A DNA stretch of 63,873 nt, the filler included, from Lama guanicoe (lineage: Eukaryota), in assembly GCA_013239625.1 (NCBI GenBank). It is 79 parts of 77 records of this genome, joined end to end, with 100 filler letters (N's around TTAATTAATTAA, not from the genome) between each part and the next. Parts side by side here need not be neighbours in the genome. Positions count along the whole stretch, not along the records: positions 39,252 to 40,062 come from PNXV01024123.1; positions 40,163 to 41,013 come from PNXV01024136.1; positions 41,114 to 41,645 come from PNXV01024137.1; positions 41,746 to 42,276 come from MU056982.1; positions 42,377 to 42,844 come from PNXV01024147.1; positions 42,945 to 43,878 come from MU056984.1; positions 43,979 to 44,838 come from PNXV01024154.1; positions 44,939 to 45,392 come from PNXV01024155.1; 71 more parts are not named here. One strand, written 5' to 3'. The first letter of the stretch is position 1; every line of letters begins with the position of its first letter. The translations under genes and the position numbers were made by a program. Shown piece after piece: positions 39,152 through 51,209 of this stretch. The notes under the pieces were generated by a model that saw only the letters and a list, made by a program, of their open reading frames with translations, was not told the DNA's origin and searched no databases.

Positions 39152-39281
39152 NNNNNNNNNNNNNNNNNNNNNNNNNNNNNNNNNNNNNNNNNNNNTTAAT
39201 TAATTAANNNNNNNNNNNNNNNNNNNNNNNNNNNNNNNNNNNNNNNNNNNNTGGGGAGGGGGAGGATGGTCCAGAAGATGG

Positions 39282-39751
39282 TGTTATGCCCACCTCCAGC
39301 TTAAAGGGGTTTTACTTCTTCTAAGTGAGTGCCAGCAAGGAACCGGTTGGAACCCAATGGTGTAACTGCATGGCAGTGACAAGGACCTAACCTGACATGA
39401 CCCGGTGCTCACTGTAATATAATTGGCACTGCAGCTTAGGCCCCCCCATGGGTTTCTCTGTGTGTATCATGGGTAAGGACATGTGCAAAGGGGATAAACA
39501 TGACTGGGCATTCCAGGGGCAAGAGCTGTCAATCAAAAGATCACCTCTAAGTGAGGGTAAAAGAGGAGGGACAAAGACCATTGCTATCTGCCCTTGGATC
39601 AGCCTGCCTCCTGTTCTTAGGGGTGTACTTTCCCTTCCCTAAATAAATCCTTTACAATCTTTTCTGCACAAACCACCATCTACCGTCTGTATTCTTATCT
39701 TTCGAGTAATACAAGAACTGGGGTCTTTTCCCTGCCCCTTTGGGAGTAACA
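39282..39751 (+). mobile_element. Probable ERV LTR
   Basis: TGTTA...TAACA inverted termini, AATAAA near 39642; no TSD found. Confidence 0.55.
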
Positions 39752-41366
39752 CCTCCTTTCATTCCAGCCTCAGGAACTAGCTGTTTAAAGGCCAAAGAAG
39801 CAAGGCTGCAGGCTGCTTTGAGGCCCTTCAATCTTGAATTCTGGCAGAATCATCTTTATACAATGGGCTGAATCTGTGCGTGTGTACGGATTAGGGTTTC
39901 CTCCAGTTCCAAACTCTGTGTCTTTCGTTATTTTTTTTCCACAATGTATCATCTGAGCATTTTTAAAGTTGCTAAGTCCCTTAAAATGACTACCTAGTAC
40001 ACATGGCAAGATGCTGTGTGGAACATTCACTGCTGTATTATTTCTCACACTCACTTTTGACCNNNNNNNNNNNNNNNNNNNNNNNNNNNNNNNNNNNNNN
40101 NNNNNNTTAATTAATTAANNNNNNNNNNNNNNNNNNNNNNNNNNNNNNNNNNNNNNNNNNNNTCCTTCCCTGACTAGAATTGGGTTTTGCATAGGAAATT
40201 TTATTTTTTCCAGTTTTCTTGGAGTCTCTCTGTCTGTCTGCCCATCTCTCACCTCTCAATCTATCCATTTATCTACCCACTGATTCTTCTGACATGTTCC
40301 AAAATGCATTTCAGGCAGGTTACAGAAGAACAGATATCAAATAAACAGGTGAGAAAATGAGGCCAAGTTCAGACAGTGAGGCTAGGAGGCGAGCCTGTTT
40401 GAGGTTTGCAAGCTTAAGACACATGCGTCTGCCCTGTGACTTATAAGATCGACAGCAAGAGTGTGCCTGAGGCTCCCAGCAGACACAAAGAAGCAGGGTT
40501 TGTGGGAGATGCTCACTGGCTGTGAAATAAATAAGTGGTTTAGGAGAAGCTCAGCCTATCCAGCTACTAAGGCTCAGGAGAATTATTTGAGTGTCTTCCA
40601 AAATCAGAGTATTGCATCTTTTATTTTCAGAGTTCTATGTATAGTTGGTTACATTCTATACCTGGAAATTTCTCCAAAACTGCTTCCCACATGAGTCCCA
40701 TGGCTCGGGAATGGTGTGCTTCCGCTCATTGACGGGTGTTGGCCAGAAACAGAAGACGACAGCCTCAAAGGAGCCTTGGAGTTGTTACTTAAGTTTTGTC
40801 ACTATAGATTCCAGAAAATGCTTTCACTGTTTCTCTCCATCTGAGGCATCAGCGTGCTCTCTTACCAGCATCAGGAGCTCATGGCCGCGGGATGGTGGGG
40901 GCTCACTGCACTGCTATCAAGACAGCTAAGGTAGTCACTACAGGCGTGGTGTTTAAAGTAGTGTATTTCATGTTCTTTATTAGGTTTCAACAGGTAGTTA
41001 ATTAACTGAGATANNNNNNNNNNNNNNNNNNNNNNNNNNNNNNNNNNNNNNNNNNNNTTAATTAATTAANNNNNNNNNNNNNNNNNNNNNNNNNNNNNNN
41101 NNNNNNNNNNNNNGTGTGATGTGTGTGATTTGAACTTAATTCATGTTTACAAAGTCTTGAAATCTCAGAACCAGGCAGATCCATCTTCCCTGACCCCAAA
41201 TATGTAACAGTCCTAAAGTAACCTGCATGAGGATACTGGATCCCAAAGGTTACAAGTGAGGAAAATTTGAAGTGTGTCCGTGTTCTACTAGGGATCAGAG
41301 AAGCTCAACTAAAAGAATTATGGACTGAATGACAGGAAAACAGTTGATTGAGCAAATATTCTTTTT

Positions 41367-41611
41367 TTAATTATATATTTATGTTTATTTCTGCTTTGCC
41401 TTTTTGTTATTGAGTTATAGCCAGTTTACAATGTTGTGTCAATTTCCAGTGTAGAGAACAATTTTTCAGTTATACATGAACATAATATATTCATTGTCAC
41501 ATTATTTTTCATCGTGAGCTAACACAAGATCTTGTACCTATTTCTCTGTGCTGTACAGTGTAAACTTGTTTATCTATTCTACATATGCCTGTCAGCATAT
41601 AAATTTCAAAC
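41367..41611 (-). mobile_element. 5'-truncated LINE-1 insertion with 19-bp TSD
   Basis: TTGAGCAAA(T/A)ATTCTTTTT at 41348-41366 and 41612-41630; body is antisense to the 3' UTR type at 23489. Confidence 0.9.
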
Positions 41612-43578
41612 TTGAGCAAAAATTCTTTTTGAAAGGGCTATCCAGNNNNNNNNNNNNNNNNNNNNNNNNNNNNNNNNNNNNNNNNNNNNTTAATTAATTA
41701 ANNNNNNNNNNNNNNNNNNNNNNNNNNNNNNNNNNNNNNNNNNNNACAATGATGATCACACCCCCTTGAATTACAAATGTTCCATAACCATTCAAACTGG
41801 TACTGAGTTACTGACATTATTTGAAGTAATGACATAATAAAACACATTTTAAAAGACAAACCCATAATTTACTTACTTCTCGCTTAAAAAATGTTTCAGA
41901 AATCTTTTGAGATCATAACTGATAGAATACCATGATTTCATAGACCATCAAAGACTTGAATAGATTTTAATAAACCAGGAGAATTAAAGTGGCTCTGGCT
42001 TGCTTGATAGCTGTCTTCATTCCTCACCTTTTTCTGACCTTCTTAACAATCTAAAATTACAGCTAAAAATTAATTAAAACACACAGTGACCTGAAGCTTT
42101 TTTAATTAACTAAGTTTTTTTTTTCTACAGGGAATTCACTAAATCACAAATATCTCTATTCTCTATTTAAATTATTTTTTAGAGTAAATTTGTAAAAGGT
42201 CCTTAGTCCAGACACATTAAGCACCATAGTGTACAAAAGCATAGATTCAATAAAATGGAATGCAAGAGAGTTGACCNNNNNNNNNNNNNNNNNNNNNNNN
42301 NNNNNNNNNNNNNNNNNNNNTTAATTAATTAANNNNNNNNNNNNNNNNNNNNNNNNNNNNNNNNNNNNNNNNNNNNCTCAAATCAGCAGGGCCCAATAAC
42401 ACTATACTTGGGTATTTACAGAAGTCAGAATCCCTCTCCAAACCACAAGGCATCCCTTCGGAGCACTGACAGTCTACGTGGGGCGGTCATAAAGCCGTCA
42501 CCGCAAAAGCTATGCTACCCTGCACTTACGAGGAATGAGCAGCTGTGCTCAGGCTGCCCACGCACGTCATTTACACCCCACAGCACCTCTACCGGGGGGA
42601 CGCCTAGCGAGCCCCGTCTCTGCAGGACAGAAAACCAGTCCTGGAGAGGCTAAGCCAACCTACCAGTTCTCCATCTCACAGATGGAGTTCTCCTGCTCTG
42701 GAGAGACCAGAGCAGGAGAGTTCTCTCCAGAGCAGGAATCGAACTCGGACCCACGTTTGTAACCACGGTACTACCGTGCTTTGTGTGTTGTTTGAGTGTA
42801 TAATACATTTGTTTCTATCATGAAAGGGTATTTAATAAATGATCNNNNNNNNNNNNNNNNNNNNNNNNNNNNNNNNNNNNNNNNNNNNTTAATTAATTAA
42901 NNNNNNNNNNNNNNNNNNNNNNNNNNNNNNNNNNNNNNNNNNNNTGTTCCTGTAATATCCGGACACCCGGAATACATATCCATCGGTCGATTTTTGCTGA
43001 ACCCCCCGCACTCTCAGGACATGGATAAATTGGTTTCATGGGGGCTGAAATTCCTAGGAATGAATCCAACCCCAATGTGCACTTTACTGTCTGTCTCTTT
43101 TGCTCTTAGTACACTTTTGCAGAGCTACTTGTCTTTGTTATAGGCTTATGCCATTTCTTCTCGACGTAGGCTAGAATATGGCATTCATTCATCCTGTTGG
43201 AAGACTTGCAAGTCTATATCACGGACTAGGNNNNNNNNNNNNNNNNNNNNNNNNNNNNNNNNNNNNNNNNNNNNNNNNNAATCAATCAATATTTACGAAT
43301 ATAAATGCACGCCTCTGATTTCGAATACAAGTGTGCTGAGTACATTGAAGCCGCGAAACTGGCTCAATGGGTGCTGAAACATCCTTGACATCACCTTGGG
43401 TATTTTCTTTTGAATAATCATGGTTCCCTTGTTATATGTCAGCCAATCGTACACTTTTGGTGCTTTTTTGTTTGTTTGATTCTTTGTTGCTCTGCTTCTC
43501 GTTTGTTTTGCTGACACGTCAGGCCATGCATCTCTCCGTTCGCTTCCAACAGAGAGTCACATAAGCTGATTCACTTAA

Positions 43579-43878
43579 GATAGTGCTTCCAATCACCTAG
43601 GATTTCCTGCTTCCCTCTCCCATCTTTAGGGTTTGGATGTCCTCCTTGCCTTCTTCTAGTTTCTTCTTTGCCACTCATGCTCTTCTTGCATTTCCAATAC
43701 TGGTTTTCTTCTTTCCATTTCATCTTGCTGCATTTCTATTCAGGGGAGAATTCTCATCCTTTCTTGTAGGATAAGTTTCGAACTGCTGAATTCTTTTAAG
43801 ATTTGCCGGTCTGTGGAAATCTCTTGCTGTGCCGTTATTAGAAATGGCGGTCATATGGCATAGGCTACCCGAGATGTC
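43579..43878 (-). mobile_element. Ancient L1 ORF1-end-derived repeat, paralog of 17142-17451
   Basis: Begins GATAGTGCTTCCAATC in both scaffolds; colinear for ~300 bp. Confidence 0.6.
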
Positions 43879-43978
43879 NNNNNNNNNNNNNNNNNNNNNN
43901 NNNNNNNNNNNNNNNNNNNNNNTTAATTAATTAANNNNNNNNNNNNNNNNNNNNNNNNNNNNNNNNNNNNNNNNNNNN

Positions 43979-44520
43979 ACGCGGTCTGCAGCCCCGCTCG
44001 GAGGCCAGCCCCAGCCCCAGCTACCCCAGCCATGTCTGCAGACCCTGCCCGCCCGGGACACAGCCCGCCCAGGGGCGGGGACGGGCCGACGGCCCAGGAG
44101 AGGAAGCCCGGGAGGAGAGGACTCTCGGGCGGGAGAGGAGCCGCGGACTGAGGGGAGCCCGGCTGGGTGAGAGGCGGCAGGTGCACACCTCGCCCTGGAC
44201 AGGTGTGCCTGGGGCGCCGGGGCAGGTGGCGTGGGCAGAGGGGTCTGGCCCGAGCAATTCAGCTGGACACAGGCTGACTGGCTCCCTGAGGGCTGTGACA
44301 CGCGGACCGCCCTCCTGCAGCCGCCTGACCACTTTCCCGGGGGCTCCCCACCTTGCACTTCCACAGCCAGAGGCCCCGGCCCCAGGCAGGAGCCAAAGGC
44401 TTACCGGGCTACAGAGCTGAGAAGACTTTGGGGCCGATCCCCGGCTCGGAGCTGGAGCTTCCAAAGCGCGGTCCAGCTGGCACCCACTGTGCATGCGCAG
44501 GAAGGCCAGCGATCCTCTCT
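43979..44520. promoter_or_regulatory. CpG island fragment
   Basis: GC/CpG-rich, GGGGCGGGG box near 44072. Confidence 0.65.
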
Positions 44521-46044
44521 GTGTTCTGTGAGAGAAGGTGGGGCAGCGAGGAAGGAAGAAGATGGGAAGGGGAGGAGAGGAGGGGAAAAGTGGAGGGAGA
44601 CAGATGGACAGGAAGAGCGGAGAGTAGAGAGAGATCTGGATAGGTGAGGGTCTTAGCGAAGAGAAAAAGCTTTACCTCTGGGAGCACCCCAAAGGAGGCA
44701 GCAATACTGCCTCTGTACCCTTCTGTAAAGCTTCAAGACCCGCAGCTGAAGTTTTACCTCGCTGGTCTAGCCCTCCACCCGATGCCCCTACGCGGAGCTT
44801 GGTTTTCTGTTGCTCTGGGAACCAAGCATCCGCAGGTGNNNNNNNNNNNNNNNNNNNNNNNNNNNNNNNNNNNNNNNNNNNNTTAATTAATTAANNNNNN
44901 NNNNNNNNNNNNNNNNNNNNNNNNNNNNNNNNNNNNNNCATCTCTACTGGTCAGGTAATATCAGGTATCTAATGAAGACTTCTAGGGTTTTGTTAATTGA
45001 AAATTTTAGACTCTTGGCTCTATGCAATTCCATGCTATTTCTGTGAGGACAATTTCTCCTAGACATTGATGCCATGTCCTGTTCCTGTGTGTGTTGTCTG
45101 GCATATTTCCAATTGCTTTTGTTTCCTTTGTTTGTGATTAACCCCCCATACTATTTCGATTATCATAACTGCACAATTATTATGCTGATCTCTCAATTCT
45201 GAAAGTGCACAGGACTCTTCCTCTTGTGGAAATAAAGCTTCTAAAGGTTCTCAGCTCTGCATTCGGCTCTATTTCATTTTGGAGTGTTACCAAAACAGCA
45301 AACTGAGAGTTTGCTTGTGCTCTCTAGTTTCAGTGTCCCAATTAAACTAGTTCTTCCCAGAACTTGTCTGTCTACAGAAACACCAGTGGAAANNNNNNNN
45401 NNNNNNNNNNNNNNNNNNNNNNNNNNNNNNNNNNNNTTAATTAATTAANNNNNNNNNNNNNNNNNNNNNNNNNNNNNNNNNNNNNNNNNNNNAGCCCTAG
45501 ATTAGGGTGGTGGTAGTTAAGACTACAAAAAAACAAAAAAGCCTCAAAACATTATTATGGCTCAGTCACTCTTTCCCACTAATGTTTTTGCCATTATCTA
45601 CGGAAAGCTACAAACATACATACTACTGCTACCCATAAAACAACATAAAATCAGGGATCACTTTCTGGTACAGTGAAGTCACTATAATTATTAGAAAGTA
45701 ACTTAAAACATTAGATCCGTAAGTATATTTCAAATTTAAACTTAAAAAAAAAACCTATGGGAAAATGACAGAATAGGTAGATTCGTTTTATCGCCAAGAC
45801 CCCTTAACATTATTAGTAAGGAAATAAAAAGATATAAATCCTTACAACAAAGAGAACCAGATGAAGTGGTCTGTACACAAGAGATTTCAATGGAATACCA
45901 GAAGACACAAAAATGGAGGAGTGTTGACTAGTGAAGCAAAGTAGNNNNNNNNNNNNNNNNNNNNNNNNNNNNNNNNNNNNNNNNNNNNTTAATTAATTAA
46001 NNNNNNNNNNNNNNNNNNNNNNNNNNNNNNNNNNNNNNNNNNNN

Positions 46045-46557
46045 TTATATCCAAAATATATGAAGACCTCCTACAACTCAGTAACAACAACAACAAGCCC
46101 CCCAAATAATTGAATTTAAAGTGGGCAGAGGATCTGAACAGATATTTTGCCGAAGAATATGTACAATTAAACAACATGTACATGAAAATATCCTCAACAG
46201 CACTAACCATCAGGGAAATGCAAATCATAACCACAGTGAGATGCCACTCACACCTGTCAGAGTGGCTTTTACCAAAAAGACAGGAACTAGTACTGAAACG
46301 ATGTGGAAAAAAGGGAACACTATGCGCTGTTGGTGGGGATGTACATTGATACAACTATTACAAAAAACAGAATGGGGGTTCCTTAAAAATTAAAACTAAA
46401 ATCACCATATGACCCAGCAATCCTACTTGTGGGTACATTTTCCAAAGAATTAAAATCAGGATCTGGAAGAGGTATCTGCAGCCCATGCTCACAGCAGCAG
46501 AATTCATTACAGCCCAGATGTAGAAACCTCCTAAATGCCCATCCACAGAGGAAGGAA
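46045..46557 (+). mobile_element. LINE-1 ORF2 C-terminal fragment
   Basis: KWAEDLNRYF...IREMQI motif; CCATATGACCCAGCAATCC. Confidence 0.92.
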
Positions 46558-46657
46558 NNNNNNNNNNNNNNNNNNNNNNNNNNNNNNNNNNNNNNNNNNN
46601 NTTAATTAATTAANNNNNNNNNNNNNNNNNNNNNNNNNNNNNNNNNNNNNNNNNNNN

Positions 46658-47236
46658 AAAGGAATGTGGAGGAGTAGGAGGAGTTGGAGTAGGAGGAGGA
46701 GGAGGAGGATGTGGAGGAGAAGGATGTGGAAGAGGAGGATTTGGAGGATTTGGAGGAGGAGGATGTGGAGGATTTGGAGGAGGAGGATGTGGAGGAGGAG
46801 GAGGTGGAGGAGGAGGAGGAGGAGGAGGAGGAGGAGGAGGAGGAGGAGGAGGAGGAGGAGGAGGAGTACTAAANNNNNNNNNNNNNNNNNNNNNNNNNNN
46901 NNNNNNNNNNNNNNNNNNNNNNNNNNNNNNNNNNNNNNNNNNNNNNNNNNNNNNNNNNNNNNNNNNNNNNNNNNNNNNNNNNNNNNNNNNNNNNNNNNNN
47001 NNNNNNNNNNNNNNNNNNNNNNNNNNNNNNNNNNNNNNNNNNNNNNNNNNNNNNGGAGGAGGAGGTGGAGGAGGAGGATTAGGAGGAGGAGGATGTGGAG
47101 GAGGAATTGGAGGAGGAGGAGATGGAGGAGTAGGTGGAGGAGGAAGAGGTGGAGGAGTAGGTGGAGGAGGAGGAGGTGGAAGAGGATTTGGAGGAGGAAT
47201 TGGAGGAGGAGGAGGTGGAGGAGAAAGTGGAGGAAT
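46658..47236 (+). repeat. (GGA)n purine-rich simple repeat
   Basis: Pure and interrupted GGA runs. Confidence 0.95.
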
Positions 47237-48054
47237 NNNNNNNNNNNNNNNNNNNNNNNNNNNNNNNNNNNNNNNNNNNNTTAATTAATTAANNNNNNNN
47301 NNNNNNNNNNNNNNNNNNNNNNNNNNNNNNNNNNNNTGTCCTGTGCCAAGTGCAAGCAGATGCGGTTTGGAAGCTGCCCGGAGGCTGACTCCAGGGATTC
47401 CTTATCCGTCGCAGCTGTGAGGGAGCCTTGCCTTTCCTGACCACAACCACAGAGGCGATTTTAAGTCTCTGAAAACTGCCATACCAGTGTATATCACAAC
47501 CCCCACAAGATATGTTGAATAAAGTAGAAAACTTTAAGTGCCTCCTTTAGGATAGAAAAGGATATAAAATAAATCATGATTTAAAAAATTCTAGTGCCCG
47601 AATAAGTGCTACATTACACTGGCTGCATTATTAGGATAGACAACTTCATTACTGCTTTCCATATCACATCTTCGAGTTAGATTTTATTTATCTTTTTTTC
47701 CCTAAAAAAAAGAAAATCATATGATGCATTCTTGTGTCAGAGGTGACTAGAATAGAGGAAGTGTAAAACCAGAAATTGTGATGCTGGTCAGTCTAATATC
47801 AGNNNNNNNNNNNNNNNNNNNNNNNNNNNNNNNNNNNNNNNNNNNNTTAATTAATTAANNNNNNNNNNNNNNNNNNNNNNNNNNNNNNNNNNNNNNNNNN
47901 NNCCCAAGGCAGAATATCATTGATTATCTACTATGTAGCAGGCATTATGATTTATACAAAAAAGAATCAGACATAATGCCTATCTTCTCAATGGGTTTTC
48001 AACCCAGTGGTAAAATGGAAGAAAAGTTGGATGGTAACTTCTCAATGAGGAGTT

Positions 48055-48378
48055 CATTAGTCTTCCATTGCTGCAGTAACAAATTACTACCTTACAGTGA
48101 CTTAAAGCAACATCAGTTTAGTGTCTTACAATTCTAGACAACACGGATCTCACTGAGGTCAGATCAAGGTGGAGGCAGGGCTGTATTCCTTTTTGGAGTC
48201 TCTGAGGACAATGTATTTCTTTTCCTTTTTCAGCTTCTAAAGGGTCCTTGCCCTTTTCCTCCAACTTCAAAGCCAGAAATGGTGGGATCTTCTTATACGG
48301 CATCACCCTGGCTTTTCTCTTCTACTTCTTTTTTTCTGCTTTTAAAGACTCTTGTGATGATATTTTGTGACTCTGGAT
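48055..48378 (-). mobile_element. MLT1 (ERVL-MaLR) LTR fragment
   Basis: ATTGCTGCAGTAACAAATTAC...CTTAAAGCAAC...ATCAAGGTG...GCAGGGCTG...CAGCTTCTA. Confidence 0.8.
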
Positions 48379-48478
48379 NNNNNNNNNNNNNNNNNNNNNN
48401 NNNNNNNNNNNNNNNNNNNNNNTTAATTAATTAANNNNNNNNNNNNNNNNNNNNNNNNNNNNNNNNNNNNNNNNNNNN

Positions 48479-49165
48479 AGAATACTTAATATAGAATTTA
48501 GAACTTAGAATGCGGAACACAGAATATTGAATATAGAATATACAATACTGAATATATAATTTAGAACATGGAATGCAGAACCCAGAATATAGAATATAGA
48601 ATAAGGAATACTGAATATAGAATTTAGAATATACAATGTAGAACACAGAATATAGAATATAGAGTATAGAATATAGAACCCAGAATTTAGAACATGGAAT
48701 GCAGAACACAATATTTAGAAAATAGAATACAGATTACTGAATATAGAATTTAGAATATAGAATGTAGAACACATAATTTAGAATATTGANNNNNNNNNNN
48801 NNNNATATTGAGTACAGAATATAGAATGTAGAACACAGAATTTAGAATATGGAAAACAGAATATAGAAACCAGGATTTAGAACATGGAATGCAGAACACA
48901 GAATTTAGAATATAGAATACAGACTACTGAATATAGAATTTAGAATTTAGAATTTAGAACACAGAATTTGGAATATAGAATACCGAATACTGAATATAGA
49001 ATATGAATATACAATGTAGAACACAGAATTCAGAATATAGAATACAGAATACTGAATATAGAATTTGAATATACAATGTAGAAAACAGAATAAAGGATAG
49101 AGAATACGGAAAGCAAAATATAGAATACAGAATATACAATGTAGAACACAGAATATAGAATATAG
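48479..49165 (+). repeat. Satellite C
   Basis: Heptamer array. Confidence 0.95.
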
Positions 49166-49937
49166 NNNNNNNNNNNNNNNNNNNNNNNNNNNNNNNNNNN
49201 NNNNNNNNNTTAATTAATTAANNNNNNNNNNNNNNNNNNNNNNNNNNNNNNNNNNNNNNNNNNNNGAAGTTAAAAACTTTTCCCCTAAACTACCAATTAA
49301 AACAATACATTTCAGTCAACCATGCAAGGGGTAGGACAAATCATCTCTCTAATCTCTTTACAGAAAGTATATAACAAAATCATTGTCCTGTGAATAGGAA
49401 GGCAATCAAAGAGTGCACAGCAAAAAACATAAGAAAAAATGAATTCCAGAGGTGAGCAGGGAAAACAAAAATATATTGTTTTCCTGGATTGTATCATTTG
49501 TGGCATCTGCCAGTTTAAAAAATTTTCTAATTTTAGTAATATATTTTTTCCTTTAAATGAACATTGTACTTAATTTTATATTTCTGTCTTGTTTTATTAA
49601 ATAGGGCTGTCTCAAAGGATATAAGCTTTAGGCCCCACATGTCTGGGATCCATCCCTGCATCTACCACATAGGGTTTTTATGGGAGTTAAATAAGATAAT
49701 CAAGTCAAGGGGTTTGTATTGTATGTATTATGCTCTCAAACAATCTTAGCTGTTGCTATTGCTGTTCATTCTAGCTCAGATGCCCTTCTGTGCTTCCTGT
49801 TCAGGCCCTAATCAGTTACTTTTTGCCTCGAATTCCNNNNNNNNNNNNNNNNNNNNNNNNNNNNNNNNNNNNNNNNNNNNTTAATTAATTAANNNNNNNN
49901 NNNNNNNNNNNNNNNNNNNNNNNNNNNNNNNNNNNNA

Positions 49938-50261
49938 GAGCTTGCGGCGGCTCTGGGTGGAGGCCATTGCCAGGATGGCACCCAGGATGCGGGCATAAGA
50001 GGTGACAATCAGAGAGAAGGGGACCATGATGAAGACCACGGTGGCTGTCATCACAGAGATCTCACTCCTGTGCTTCCCAGCACTGGCCAACCTCAGTACT
50101 GGCAGGATGTCGCAGAGGAAGTGTAGGATGGTTGGGCAGCTGGGGAAAGGCAGGGTGAAGATGAGGGAGGAGTGTGTGGTGGCCATGATGATGCCCACGA
50201 GCCAGGAGATGCCTACCATGGCCACGCAGGCCTGCTGGCTCATGAGGGTGGAGTAGTGCAG
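49938..50261 (-). CDS. OR10P1: Olfactory receptor family 10 fragment (about TM4 to ICL3), OR10P1-like, truncated by scaffold ends
   Basis: LHYSTLM...HFLCDILPVLRLASAGKHRSEISVMTAT...SYARILGAILAMASTQSRRK; OR motifs; matches my recollection of OR10P1. Confidence 0.85.
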
Positions 50262-50434
50262 GGNNNNNNNNNNNNNNNNNNNNNNNNNNNNNNNNNNNNN
50301 NNNNNNNTTAATTAATTAANNNNNNNNNNNNNNNNNNNNNNNNNNNNNNNNNNNNNNNNNNNNTAGGGTATATGCTGTGAAGGAATCCTAGAAATACTCA
50401 AATTGATATATACTCCTACCCTCAGGAAGCTCAG

Positions 50435-51209
50435 CTTTTCCATTTACAACAGCATTAAAAATAAAATGAGAAATACATTTAACAAAATTTTACAAGATTT
50501 GTACATTGAACATTTAGAAGTATCACCAAAATAAAATTTAAAAGTTCTACATATATGGAAGACATACCATGTTCACGGAACGAAAGACAATATTGTTAAA
50601 AACGTTAAGACTCCCCAAATTGATTTACAAATTCAGTGGAATCTCTATCATAATTCCAGGTGACTTCTATTAAAAATTGAAAAACTTATCCCAAAATTCA
50701 TATGGAACTGCAAGGGGCCTAGGTCAGCCAAAACAATCTTGAAAAAGTAGAGCAAAGTTGGAGGACTCACTTTAAAGGGTACTAAAAAGCTATAGTACTA
50801 AGTCAGTATGGTACTGGCATAAGTTTGGATAAATAAATCTATGAGACACAATAAAAACCCAGGGGGAAATAATTTACATTTACAGTCAGTTTTCCACAAG
50901 GGTGCCAACAACACTCCATTGAAAGAATAGTCTATTAAAAGAATAGTCTATTAAACAAATGGTGCAGGGACAGCTGGCTATCTGCAGGCAAAAGAATGAA
51001 TCTGGAAACTGGCCCCCATATTTTATATAACAAATGAAAATTATTTCAAAATGGATCACAGACAGAAACCTAAAAACTAAACCTATAAACTTTCTAAAAG
51101 AAGACACAGTATAAACCTTTGTGGCTTCTAGGACATGCTTTGGTTTCATAGATACAATATGAAGACCACAAGTAATAGAAGAAAAAAGCAGATAAACTGG
51201 ACTTCATTA
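50435..51209 (+). mobile_element. Old LINE-1 ORF2 fragment
   Basis: ATGGAAGACATACCATGTTCA; AAATTCATATGGAA; AAAGTTGGAGGACTCAC; TGGTACTGGCATAA. Confidence 0.88.

Noticed and set aside
44032..44151. gccATG-initiated first exon in a CpG island
   Set aside because: Stops after 39 codons, with no recognisable homology
46664..47284. Arg/Trp-rich protamine-like ORF
   Set aside because: Simple GGA repeat spanning a gap
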